Below are positions 42,695 through 55,299 of a DNA stretch of 64,000 nucleotides, in pieces. The stretch spans positions 43,958,001-44,022,000 of the forward strand of contig NC_043003.1 in assembly GCF_006345805.1 (NCBI RefSeq). The letters are read 5' to 3'. The notes under the pieces were generated by a model. It was given only the letters and a program-made list of their open reading frames with translations, was not told the origin of the DNA and made no database searches. The translations under genes were made by a program, and so were the position numbers. The DNA is from Octopus sinensis (lineage: Eukaryota). Positions within the stretch are counted from its first letter, which is position 1, and the number at the start of each line of letters is the position of its first letter.

Positions 42695-43329
42695 TATGTG
42701 TGTGTGCGTGTGCATGCGTGTGTGTGTATGTGTTTGTGTATGCGTATGTTTGTGTGTGAATGTGTTTGTACGAGTATTAACTGAACTATAATCTGTCAAT
42801 AAGCAACGCCGACTCCTCACAATGTGGGATAGGAATAAATCTAGGAGAAACTTGCGTCGCAAGTATCTCGTTTCACAGAATATTAAGTGAAGGAAAGATT
42901 TTTGCTCCTTCGTATATTGATGTAATAAATGCATTGTAGCTGACATTGAACCTAGGAAAATTTGCAGGGCAATAATTGAACAAAGACAAACGGAAGCACA
43001 AAGCTCCTTACCATCGATATGGGAGAGAAATATTAAGGAAAAATCAAAGTGAGCTTTGAAATATTCGACTAATGTTGAGGAAAAATAATTTTATGAAAAC
43101 CATTTCAGGACTAGTTACATGGTTACAGGGTAGTTGCTTCTTATCAGTGTAGAGCAGCCGAACCGAGCAGGCGTCATATATATATATAAATTATTTAAAT
43201 AATTTTTTATTTTTAACTTTTATATTTTTAAATTAATTTTATGTATTGGCTTATGTTTTTCACTGTTTGATTTGCCTAATTGTGGTTTTATCTCTAATAT
43301 AATATAATATAATATAATATAATATTATA

Positions 43330-43367
<38 letters not shown>

Positions 43368-43468
43368 TATATATATGCATTTATGTATGTATGTATGTAT
43401 GTATGTATGTATATATATATGTATGTATGTATAGGTGGGTTGTTGGATGTGTGTGCATTTATCTACTT

Positions 43469-43506
<38 letters not shown>

Positions 43507-44128
43507 TTTTATGCAATTGTATATATACATGCGTTTAGATATAGTGGCATATGCGAATATACGTTTTGATGTGGAATACAGTTTTATTAGTAATTAATGA
43601 GATATGGATGTGCGTTATGCGCCCCAGTGTCTTTTGCTTAAGGCAAAACTTTGTGTGAATTTAATATTCAATTTTAGATAATATTTTATCGGTTTGGAAA
43701 TGAGAATTCCTATTTGGTTACTATTCATTTAATTGACATCTTCAAAACATCTTCATAAACAAAACAGAAACTTGAAAATTTAGATGTCTGAGTAGATATG
43801 AGAGAAACACAATATTTCAACCGTCTAATTGGTAGTATACGTGAGCGATGTCTCGCAATATCAAAGGCATAGACATGTTAAGTTGATTAAAATTAATATG
43901 CAAATGATCAATGTATGTTTTACGATTAACTAATGTAATTTCAAACTGACACAAGCGCTTCGACAGAAACACTCACTCATATTCAATTCACAGACATCAC
44001 CGCTCTCACATTTACAAATATATATATACACATTGATAAATTAAAAAAAAAACACATTCATTATTCTTATAAACTGCATTTCTTTTACGAAAAAGCTAGA
44101 CGCTAGTATACTGCTAGTATATATATAT

Positions 44129-44172
<44 letters not shown>

Positions 44173-44680
44173 CTAGCAGTATCGCCCAGCGTTGCTCAGG
44201 TTTGTAAGGGAAATAACTATATAAGCATTTTTAGAGAGTTACTTCCTTTATAGATGCCAATTCGGGCTTTCTTAGCCATTTCTGTTTTGGTGTCTTCAAG
44301 CCATGAAGTCGTTGTTCTAAAAGAACGCTGGTCTCCTTGACAACGCATTACGACGTTGATTTCCTTAAACTCCCTTCCCCACAGCTTCACGAGGGAGGGA
44401 AGAAGGGGGAGAAGCAAACGCAGGTGCAGGTGTTTGAGCGTGGACGCCAACTCCGCCGCCATCGACACACGAAAAATTATGCATTAAAATGGAATAAAAA
44501 ATGATGTTAAATTATTTTTAAAATCGTAGACTCATCGTAGACGCGCGCTAATAGCCAGACGGGCTCGATATTAATCACGACTATAAGATACCCGAATTTG
44601 GTTAAACTCCACCGCAAAATGTGGGAGGAGTTAGGAATCTAAATCGAAGGGGACAGACACTCACACAACTACAGTTTTAT

Positions 44681-44690
<10 letters not shown>
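44173..44690 (-). mobile_element. Short non-autonomous Helitron
   Basis: Minus strand ends CCTGAGCAACGCTGGG..CTGCTAG|T; shares about 200 bp of 5' sequence with 40597-40800. Confidence 0.85.
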
Positions 44691-44738
<48 letters not shown>

Positions 44739-44739
44739 A

Positions 44740-44990
44740 TAATGAAATAATGGAGTTGAACGACGAATTAACAAAATTCCTTTATTTTCGACATATGTTT
44801 CGAAGGCTGCATATTCCTAATTTCGAAGGAATAAGGGGTGCATTATGCCGCCTTCTCATCAGGAAAAACAAGGAACTTATGTCAGCATCAAGATGCACAA
44901 AAACATTTAGATGACTGCCCACACGGATTGCTACCCAGGTATCGGTTAACCGAATTATCCATTATAAGATAATTCATTCAACTACTCAGT
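44740..44990 (-). mobile_element. Penelope-like terminal repeat (F3)
   Basis: Carries an intact hammerhead; homologous copy at 53125-53340; flanked by (TA)n. Confidence 0.6.
44777..44875 (-). ncRNA. Type I hammerhead ribozyme with canonical core
   Basis: Minus strand reads TTCCTTGTTTTTC-CTGATGA-GAAGGC...GCCTTC-GAAAC-ATAT-GTC|GAAAATAAAGGAA. All core nucleotides are present; stem I 11 bp with a 2x2 loop, stem II 6 bp plus extension, palindromic stem III ACATATGT. Confidence 0.85.
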
Positions 44991-44992
44991 TA

Positions 44993-45039
<47 letters not shown>

Positions 45040-45041
<2 letters not shown>

Positions 45042-45335
45042 GCAAACGGAACGCCACTTCGCAAACCGGTTCGCGAAACACCTTCGAGACATCCGACTCG
45101 GCATTGGCACCCCTTCTTCCTAGCTCTCCTGTGTGACCCCTACGTCCGGCATTCGTCATGATAGATCGCTCTCCACTACATATTCTTTATTTTCTCTCGT
45201 TTCTTTCTGTGTTCCTTTCTGTGGAAGAGCATAGGCTCAAAACGTTAAGGACTTCACTTCCCGACCGTTAAACTAATACATCTCTTTGTTGTCTACACTA
45301 CCTGTCTTCGTCTTTTGTTTTTTGTGAATTCTCCC
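45040..45335 (+). mobile_element. Penelope-like fragment: GIY-YIG piece plus terminal repeat (F2)
   Basis: (YI)GQTERHFANRFAKHLRDIRLG resembles YIGQT.R.L..RF.EH; downstream CTGTGGA-A-GAGC-ATAG-GCTC-AAAAC-GTT is a hammerhead-like variant. Confidence 0.75.
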
Positions 45336-45789
45336 TATATACATATATATATATACATATACATACATAACACATACATACATATACGTGTTTGTGTGTG
45401 CTTGTGCGTGTTCGTGTGTAGGTATGTGTGTGTTTATGCATATAAATAACGTAGTAGGGAACATATTTATAGATTTGTAATGAAAACTATGTGTTTAGAA
45501 AAATATAATCAATTCATCTGTAAAATAAGGGAATCAACTACAAACCAATAATGCTTCTATTTGGTGAGTGTGTCACCTGATGTTTACGAATTTTATCAAT
45601 ATGCTAACACAACGTGTAGACAGCCTTTAAATTCAGTGGATATTATGAATGGGGAAGTTCAATATGCATATCTAATTAACACATTCTTGGTAGGGTTATG
45701 GCTTCTTAATTTCGCTCGTAGTTTCAAGAGGAATCAATTTGTTACTATAATGACTATAATATCTATTCAGCTTTAACAGCAATATATAT

Positions 45790-45858
<69 letters not shown>

Positions 45859-46150
45859 GTGTATGTCTCTGTGTGTGCAGATATTACGGTATCGGTCTCG
45901 CGTTCGCCGGATCGCTGTCTCAGCTTTTATACCAGCAAATGTGTTGTGATCTTGAACTCTTCATCTCAAGTTGCTCTACGATCACTTCCTGACGAGTGGT
46001 ACACTGTGCGCCTGTTCAGACAACGTCGATTTGATGGAAAGAGGGAGCTAATGTACAGATCATGAGACCTAATGTACGTTTGATCACTATAAATAAATCA
46101 TTTAGTAGGTCTCGTTCGGCAAAAGCTGAAAACTCGTACGTTGTATTCGA

Positions 46151-46500
46151 CAGCGTGGCTGTGTGGTAGGAAGCTTGCTTCTTAGCCACATGGTTTTGGG
46201 TTCAGTACCACTTCGTGGCACCTTCGTCGTGTCTTATCTACTATACCCTCGGGCCACCACATCATTGTTAGTGGGTTTGGTAGACGGAAACTGAAAGTTG
46301 CTTGTAGTGTATATACGTGTGTGTGCGCGTGTGTATGTGTTTGTCCTTGTCATCCCGCACTCATCTGAGAACCTACGATGTACTTATGCGGCTGTTAGTT
46401 AGCGGTCCGGCCAAAGAGACCGATGGAATAAGTACTAGATTTAGAAAGAATAAGTCATGGGATCAACTCAAAATCCTTTATGATGGGTGGTGCCCCAGGT
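46151..46500 (+). mobile_element. SINE family A, diverged
   Basis: GTGGCTGTGTGGTA head, GGTAGACGGAAACTGAAAG core and GATGGAATAAGTACTAG tail. Confidence 0.75.
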
Positions 46501-46514
46501 TCACTGCACTCATA

Positions 46515-46559
<45 letters not shown>

Positions 46560-46831
46560 CATACATGCACACCCACACATATATATGTATATATGTATTA
46601 TGTATGTATGTGTGTGTGCAGGCGTGCGCGTGAGTAACTTTAATAATAAGAAGAAGATTGGAGGTTTGCACATCCATAGTTACTTTTACAGTTTTTTTAC
46701 TGAATATTACCATGAATTACATGTGTCTTCCCTGCGACGACTGTACATTATTGCATGTGCAAACTTGCAATATTGTCAGTGCATTTTCATCAGTGTCTGT
46801 AACTTAGGTCTAATTCAAATTAAGCTGGATT

Positions 46832-47090
46832 AGTTAGAGCGTCATACTCACAATCATGAGGTAGTGAGTTTGATTCCCGGACAAGGAAGTTTATGTTCTT
46901 CAGGAAGACATTTTAATTCGTGTTGCTTCAGTACGCTCTGCTGTAGAAATGCGTTGCCACGTCATTGGGGCAAAACTGTATCGGCGTTTGCCTCCCCCTT
47001 GGATAACACTGGTGATGTGGATAGGGAACGCTTGTATGCATGGTCGACTGCTAGTCTTCCATAAAAGACCATGCTCGGACTTGCGCCTTG
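46832..47090 (+). mobile_element. tRNA-type SINE (family C)
   Basis: TTAGAGCGTCATACTCAC..ATGAGGTAGTGAGTTTGATTCCCGG tRNA-like head; similar to 23586. Confidence 0.6.
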
Positions 47091-47299
47091 TGTGTGTGTG
47101 GGGGATTGTGTATCTGTAGCCTCCAAAGTCGTTCATGAATGAAGAGCGTTTTTATCCTTATCCTTCTCACGAGATTTAAAACTATTATCCATTATATCTG
47201 ACCCGGCATTCGAAATCTACTGCTTAAGCAATTTCTCGACATTCTACTGAAATACTTTTGAAATAAATCAAAAGCTTTGCTGGAGATGATCTAGATATT

Positions 47300-48468
47300 T
47301 AAAACCAGCACCGAAAACAATTAATGAAGATATCGGCTTCCTTCGAGTCTGTGAACCTAAGCACTAATATCCCAACTAAGGAACAGAGACAAACAAATTC
47401 CGTCTGGAAAACTATCCAGAAAAATTCCCAGAGCGCATGAACCAGGAATTTATTCTTGAAGCCTTGAAATGTGTCTTTCACAAAAACTACTTCTTATTTT
47501 ATAGCACTTTCTATAGACAAAAATGCGAAAAAAACTTTGGTGACAAAAGCACCCACAGCTTATGTGTACCTACTAATGGTATAGTGAGAATCAGTTATGT
47601 CAAGTATCATAACAAAACATAGATATTCAGTTTAGCAATATATGAGATAGAACTGGATATGCTATCTGGATCACTGCTTTATTATTTGGAATAAGAAAAT
47701 TGATAAACGTTTTGAATTTATATCACTGTTCAATAATATAAATCCAAATATTTTGTTTACAATAGCATATAGCAAAGAGCCACCCCCATTCCCTAATATT
47801 TTGATAAAACAAAGTTGTACAACTCAATTGAAATCAATATCTATTATAAACTCTCAGACGCAAAGGAATAACTTCAGGTTAACTCATTCCATCCGAAACA
47901 CAATGCAATGTATCCGTACAAAGGATACAAATACACATGACCTTCACCTTCATGAAATAAAAAACACATTAGTCGTGAGATATAAATGAAGGGATCAAAC
48001 GTGCAACGGAAATAGATACCGAAACACTAAGTGAAAGAAAACAAAATTTCACACTCCATATAAACATACAATGATGCATATAAAAATATTATTCAAATTT
48101 TACCTATTCTCACTATGGATCCTAAAATCAACCACATTCTACGAACACACAAATACATCAAAAGGAAAAACAACCTAACACTAAAATATGTGAAATTATA
48201 CCCAACAAGGAATCTAAAAAGTAAAGGATGTGGTCGACAAATTGTGGAACGTAGAGCAACTTACACGAAGGTTTGGAATTCTAATTTTAAACAGGGACAA
48301 AGATTCATAATTACGGCTGCTTTCACCTGTGCCATCGAAAATCCAATTTATGCGATGTTTTGTTCAAGATGAGGATACACATTGGATGTTCTTAGACGGA
48401 GACGAAGACTGCATTGGGAACAAATCCGTTTTCTAAGATATCGACAAATTCTGTTAAGCGAACACAGG
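47300..48468 (+). pseudogene. Penelope-like element RT + GIY-YIG relic
   Basis: Across frames: ASFESVNLSTNIP, EFILEALKCVFHKNYFLF..FYRQK, TKAPTAY, CYLDHCFIIW (YxDD decayed), NNINPNILFT, FHPKH, and FTCAIENPIYAMFC...RRRRRLH.EQIR...LSEH. Confidence 0.8.
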
Positions 48469-48522
<54 letters not shown>

Positions 48523-49261
48523 GAGATAAATGGAAAATCAGCAGCTTCCCCATTTACCTATGCAAGGAAACAGTTTCTATTCAACAAACGTTAAATAAAC
48601 AGAAAATACTTATTGAAAAATAAAATCAACGCCTGGATATGAACACAAAATAAATTATGAATTTTGAGTGTGTACGTGTGTATGTGTGGGTGTGTATTTA
48701 CAGAGATGTGTAGAAACACATATACCTATATGTTTGAATAGAGATAGGCATATTTATATACATATATATGTATTGACGTTACTGTGTGTGCGTGCCTTCG
48801 TGTACGTCCGTGTGTATGCGTGTGCGAGTGTCTGTGTCATTGTGTGTGCGTATGTATGTTTATATGTGTGAGTTTGTGCATGTATCTGTGTATGACTATC
48901 TTTGTGTCTATATATGTGTTAGTGTCTGCTAGCATGCGAGCGATTTTATGCATATAGCATAGCTAAATCTACTACCATGAAATCCTGTCATACTTTCGTA
49001 AATGAACTGTCTGCAAATATTTCCAAATAGATTTGAGATTTTTACTTGAATCCCACAAGAAAACAGTAAAATATAGACATTCATAATTGAAAATTATTAA
49101 CATATACATATCCAAATACAGAAATTTCGGGTCAAACGCTTATTTGTTCGCTTCGTATAGCTGTATATGCATTATAATATCGTGCTTGGATGCCCAGAGA
49201 TACGTGTTGCAAAAATCGATGATATCCCTTGTATTATGGAGAAACATGTCGAAATTGAATC

Positions 49262-49339
<78 letters not shown>

Positions 49340-49553
49340 TATTAAAATTATGTATACATGAATGTCGAATATAGCTTGTTTTTAAAAGTATACACACACG
49401 CATATGTGCATATGTACATAAAACAGAATAAGACAGATTTGCTTAGCTATGGAATTCATTTCTGCTTTCAGTCTTTCAGTTTGCTTCATATGTATACATG
49501 TGTGCATGTATGTATATAACTATGTATGGATATGTATATATGTGTGTGAGTGC

Positions 49554-49662
<109 letters not shown>

Positions 49663-50485
49663 CACGCACACAAACATACAAACAGAAACAAGCACACACG
49701 GTCGTGAATATATTTATATATATATATATTTATACTTAGAGCAGGTATAAATACATACATATGTAGTACTGATATATTTGTGTGTTTGTGTGTGTGAGTT
49801 TATGTGTGCATGCGTCTGTGACTTTCTGCACGTATATGTTTTCGAGTGTCTATACATTCTTTTACTGAGTGTATATGTTTATGTGTCTGATGCTTAAACC
49901 CTGACACTAGGTTATATATATAACAATATTTGCGTCACGGCTGTCGAGTTTCCGGATAATATATTTTACGTTATCATTACATCTACATAGAAAAAACGCT
50001 CTGAACGTCCAGCTTTCAGTGCTACCCTCCATATAGCCATGCGTATATATGTTTTAAATGTATATAGGTCGTAACTTTTTTATTATTTTATTTTACATTC
50101 TACTTGACCAATATATAAGAAAGTTCGAGCGTAAACCTATTTCAGTTTTAAAAGTTCAGCATTAGTTTTGAACTTCTGTTATTTTTTCCCTACTAAGACC
50201 ATAAATTTTCATTTTTTGAGAAATCTTTTACGATCTTTGTACAATGAAGTTTTAAGATTGGTTTTCTATGTTGAGCTGTTTTCCTGTACATTAATACGGC
50301 ATATTCTTTTGTATTATCGTTGCTTTATTCATTGCATTGTGACCCTGCTGGAGTAACACCTTGAATTGTTTCCTTTAGCAAATCGACTCCCATCAAATCT
50401 TTTACCAAACGGTAGGGGATGTAGAGAAGCCAACTCCTTTTGTCGAAATTGCTGTTTCACAGAAACACCAAGATACACACACACA

Positions 50486-50532
<47 letters not shown>

Positions 50533-51385
50533 ACAAGCATATATATGACAGTTTCCGCAATTTTTTCTGATTCTCGCAAATTGGTTTATGGCCTTCCTAA
50601 CAAGACAGGTGCTCAAAATAACGCGCACTCGGTGCGAATACGAAATTCTATGGCTGACAGCGATCAGTCGCTGATTTATGAATATATGTTTCATCTCTAG
50701 AATAATGAAACGGTAATTGATTTCCTAAGTTTGAAATCAAAAATGAAAGGTCCTATATAATTACGCAAATAAATTGGTCAACTTCTGTAAGGATATTGTT
50801 CACCCCTCCAGTCATAAATATTTGTATCATAGACATGTGTTTGTGGGAGAAGAACCTTTCGATTATTTGGACAATTACATGTTACATCAGTTTATCGCAA
50901 AAAGGGGGCAATCTTATAGAATTATTAACGATTCGAACAAAATGCATCGCAGCAGTTCTTCCGGCTTTATATTTTGAGTTCAAATTCGACCTCCTTGGCG
51001 GAATTTGAACTCTAAACTTTGCGGTTCATTCTTTCGGGGTTGATGAACAATTGGGCACATATCATCGATGTTATGAAAAAAAACCCTCTGTTCAAAATTT
51101 CATTGTGCTAATAATAGACAAAAAAAAACGTGACTTCGAAAGAAGTAACAATCAATAGCAGGTTGACCTGTGCTGGAATTGAAAGCAGACCGATAGAAGG
51201 GCAAAGTATTTTGTTTAAAGCTGTATGGATTTCATCTATCTACCGTCCCATGAATAATATAGTCTTGATAATATAAGAAGGAAACAGTTTCAGCACTCAT
51301 TATCCTATTTTACTCCATGTAATGAATACAATATATGCGTATGCGTACATGCGAATTATATTTTGGATCATCCATTTCCTCGTCA

Positions 51386-51640
51386 TCTGTATATCTATAA
51401 AAGGCAGGCAGGATATGTGTGTATGTGTATACGTGAATGTAATTTATGCACATCCACAAATTAGCACGCATGTCGGTCCAATTTTAGGAAGACATTCGTC
51501 ACGACCCTAGCTGGGTTTGTGAAGTTATTTTTCCCGAGGCATCCGGGAATAGTGGTAGAAATCAGTTTTCTACCATAACTTTTACAAATTTTGAAGTTTA
51601 CTAACATGAGTTAAGCCCCTTTCCTGCCATGGCAAAGTGG
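51386..51640 (+). mobile_element. Helitron-like 5' end
   Basis: A|TCTGTATATCTATAAAAGG start; homologous to 52160-52370 (ATTTATGCAC.TCCACAAATTAGCACGCATGTC, TTACTAACATGAGTTAAG). Confidence 0.5.
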
Positions 51641-52129
51641 AAGTGCGTGTGTGAGAGAGAGAGATGGGGGAGAGAAAAGTTGTCTGTTAATGTAGTGTGT
51701 GTGAGGGAGAGAGAGAGGGAGTTTTACAGGGTCTAGCAAAATAAAAGGTAAAGAGAAAGTGTGTGTGAAGGAGAGGCAATAGGTGATAGTGTTCATGAAA
51801 TATGTTTTTTTGAAACAAGTGATAACGTCTTCAAATTTAGGCTGTTTTTAAAATACACAGTATTTTATAATCAGCTTATATATATATTCTCAAACAATTA
51901 AAATATATTTATTTTAAATCACTTATTTATTTATTATAAATTATTCATATTTCTTCCCCTTCACACACACACATTACTTTGGGCGCGAAAGAGTTGTGTT
52001 TTTATATTACGCCGACAAAAAAAGTGTTTCGTTGTGAATCCATTTAACAACAAAGAAACATAGAGTAGAGATAGGTGACACTTTGTCAGTGAATTACACA
52101 ATATGTCACATCTACTATCTATCTATCTA

Positions 52130-52159
<30 letters not shown>

Positions 52160-52185
<26 letters not shown>

Positions 52186-52990
52186 AGACAAGATGTATGT
52201 GTGTGTGTGTGTAAACGTGAATATAATTTATGCACGTCCACAAATTAGCACGCATGTCGTTTCAATTTTAGGAGGACATTGATCACGACCATGGGTGTGA
52301 TTTGTCAACTAATTTTACTAATTTCCACAACGCTGAAATCCGTAAGATTACTAACATGAGTTAAGTCCCCTGTCTAGCAATGACGCAAAATGGGTACAAT
52401 TTTTAGATTAACACCCATACGATTTTCACTAAGAAAAGAAAGCCTCGGATCTATTGCGTGGAACCAAGTATCCTGACCTCCTAATATGCTGGAAATCTCA
52501 TATTTTGGTTCGGAAAAAAGCAGCGTAGGACGAGGTAGGGGACCCCACCCCCATGCAGGATCATTGGACATTTTTGTTTTTCGTTGAATGAATTCCTGTC
52601 AACTCTCATACTATGCTACAAAACCCTTTTGGGGGTCCGGAAAACGGGATGGGGTGAGGTGGAAGTCTTCGAAATTTTGTCCCACAACTCAAATGACCAT
52701 TTCACCCGTACGATTTTCACTAAGGAAAAAACTAAAAATCACATTTTTTTTTTTTTGCTTGGAATCCAGTACCCTAATCTGCTGCAAATACCTTCATTTC
52801 GTTCGGAAGAAGGGGGTGGGATGATTGGGACTCCCCTTCCCGGAACCATTCGGAATTTTTTTATCGTACAATGAATAAATGTGACCTCCTAATATGTTAC
52901 AAACCTCTTGATGGGGATGGGTGAAAAACGGGGTGGATGAGGTGGAAGCCTCAGAAATTTTACCTACTCCCAAAATTTTACAGGCATAAA
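52160..52990 (+). mobile_element. Helitron-like non-autonomous element with internal degenerate sub-repeats
   Basis: 5' homology with 51386; duplicated blocks TACGATTTTCACTAAG (near 52417 and 52710), TGACCTCCTAATATG (near 52474 and 52882) and TGAGGTGGAAG. Confidence 0.45.
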
Positions 52991-53076
52991 TATTCCTGAT
53001 GTGTGAATTGCATGGTTCATTATTAAATGTATATAATGTACATATATATGTATATATGTATATGTGTATATGTGTG

Positions 53077-53118
<42 letters not shown>

Positions 53119-53124
53119 GTGAAT

Positions 53125-53340
53125 GGAAGAAATGGAGCTGAACGAAGATTCTACAGAATTCCTTTTATTACATTCTACACATGTTTCAAAGGCCACAAAT
53201 TTCCAAATTCTGATTGAATAAGGATACCATATTGCAGCTTCCTCTTCAGGAAAATCCAGGAATTACTATGTCCAAACAAAACAAAGGCGCAGCAAGCAAC
53301 TCGAACAGGTATCGGTTAAACGTTTGAATAATCCGTAACG
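53125..53340 (-). mobile_element. Penelope-like terminal repeat (F3) with decayed hammerhead
   Basis: Minus strand: TTTTC-CTGAAGA-GGAAGC...GCCTTT-GAAAC-ATGT-GTA; homologous to 44740-44990. Confidence 0.6.
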
Positions 53341-53361
53341 AGATAATTCCTCTTTCCATTT

Positions 53362-53492
<131 letters not shown>

Positions 53493-53496
53493 ATAT

Positions 53497-54362
53497 AGAT
53501 ATATATAATACCGTGCAAACCTTCGATGCAGATCACCGATTTAGCTTTCTCCAATGCATATCGTCGACTAGATCGGGATTAGTCGCTGCCTTTTAGAGGC
53601 TCCCGGGCCCGCTTTCGCTAGGTTAGCTTAGTATTAGGGTAAGGCTTTGTTGTGATCTGAACATAACCTCCTCTGTCAGAGAGGGTCGGGAGTCCTTTGG
53701 GGCATTCTATTTCCCTTGCCGTAAGGGCTCCCAGCTGATGGAGGTAGTGGTTTCGGAATGGCCGGCATGTGCAACCTGCTCACCTCTGCCAGTCAAACTC
53801 CCAACCCATGCGTTCCCGTCACGACACTGATTCTGCAGAATTGTGTTGGGTGTGAAAACTAACTTTAAAGTATAAATATGGAATTTTTGAATCAGCAATG
53901 TTGCGTTCAGTTAAGTTCTATTTGGGGTGAAAAAGTCACTGAACTGATTCCTTATGGGTTTTCCCATTCAATCACCATGAAAAATCAATAAACCGATTCC
54001 TTATAGGTTTTCCCACTAAAATTGGCAACACCCCATTTTCAACTACAACTGTTACCAATTTTGATGTATTTTGTTCAAACTTGATGCCGGAGTTACTTAG
54101 GATTCATGGGATGTTTGAATGCTTTTTAAGTTCTCCAAAAGAAAAAAAGAAACAATCGGTAAGAGGAAACATCGATAAACCAATTCTTTATGGGATTTTC
54201 CAATCAAATTGTCTGCAACCTATTTTCAGCCAAACCTTTACCAATTTCAAAAGATTTCGCGCAAATTTCACGTCGGTGTTACGTAGTTTTATTTGAAACA
54301 ACGCGTTTCATTAACTTAATAATCCTAACGTAATCCGTAGCAATGCCTGGATGCACTGCTAG
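53497..54362 (+). mobile_element. Non-autonomous Helitron
   Basis: 3' hairpin-like TCCGTAGCAATGCCTGGA then CTAG|T at 54359-62; three internal GATTCCTTAT.GG.TTT.CC repeats; 5' boundary approximate. Confidence 0.55.
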
Positions 54363-54828
54363 TATTGAATAAACTAGTTTCCTCCAATCAGGTGAATGTC
54401 ATTTTTTAAATCTATCATTTGACAGAGAACAGATTGACCACAGTTTTCTAAGATATATTTCAAAATACGTTTAAAATTATTACCGATGTTTTTTTTTTTT
54501 CAAAATACTTTGTAATTTTACTTTCGGAATAAAGTTATAGGCTTTTATTGCAAAACTAGTTTTTCAACCACATGACAGACCAATATTTTATTCAGAAGAT
54601 GATATGTTCCACACTTTTCAGTAGACACAGAAAAAGGTGCATATATTTAATCTCTCACCCTCTCTCGCACTCTCTCTCCTTCTCTTCTTTGTCGTTCTTA
54701 CTATTTACTCTTCACTTGCTATATATTATGTCTATGTATTTATCTACCTATCAATCAATATATGCCTATACACATATTTTCCCCTATAAGTTTGGATATA
54801 CTCCCTAATATTATTATTATTATTATTA

Positions 54829-54879
<51 letters not shown>

Positions 54880-54890
54880 TATATATATAA

Positions 54891-54972
<82 letters not shown>

Positions 54973-54974
54973 AG

Positions 54975-55100
54975 AGATTACGGACAAAACAAAAGACGAA
55001 GACAGGTGGCGCACAAAACAAACAGATGTATTAGTATAACGTTCAGTAATAGAAAAAGTATTTTATGTTTCGAGCCTACGCTCTTCTACAGAATATATAT
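54975..55100 (-). mobile_element. Penelope-like terminal repeat (F2)
   Basis: Minus strand CTGTAGA-A-GAGC-GTAG-GCTC-GAAAC-ATA; homologous to 45190-45335. Confidence 0.65.
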
Positions 55101-55104
55101 AGTT

Positions 55105-55270
55105 CTATACTTAAGAGATGAGGAATTATATACCTTATTTACAATTAACGTATATTTGTCCTCACCGTCTTTGTTGTTAAGGCAACTTTTCGGGTGATAT
55201 ACCCTCCAGCCTTCATCAGGTGTCTTGGGGAAATTTCAAACCTGAGTCCTCATTCCTTAGGTATTTTTTT
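55105..55270 (-). mobile_element. Penelope-like terminal repeat (F1)
   Basis: Reverse complement of 10410-10595; TCATCAG at 55213-19. Confidence 0.7.
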
Positions 55271-55299
55271 GCTGTTGTTGTTGAAGCAGAAGAAGACAA

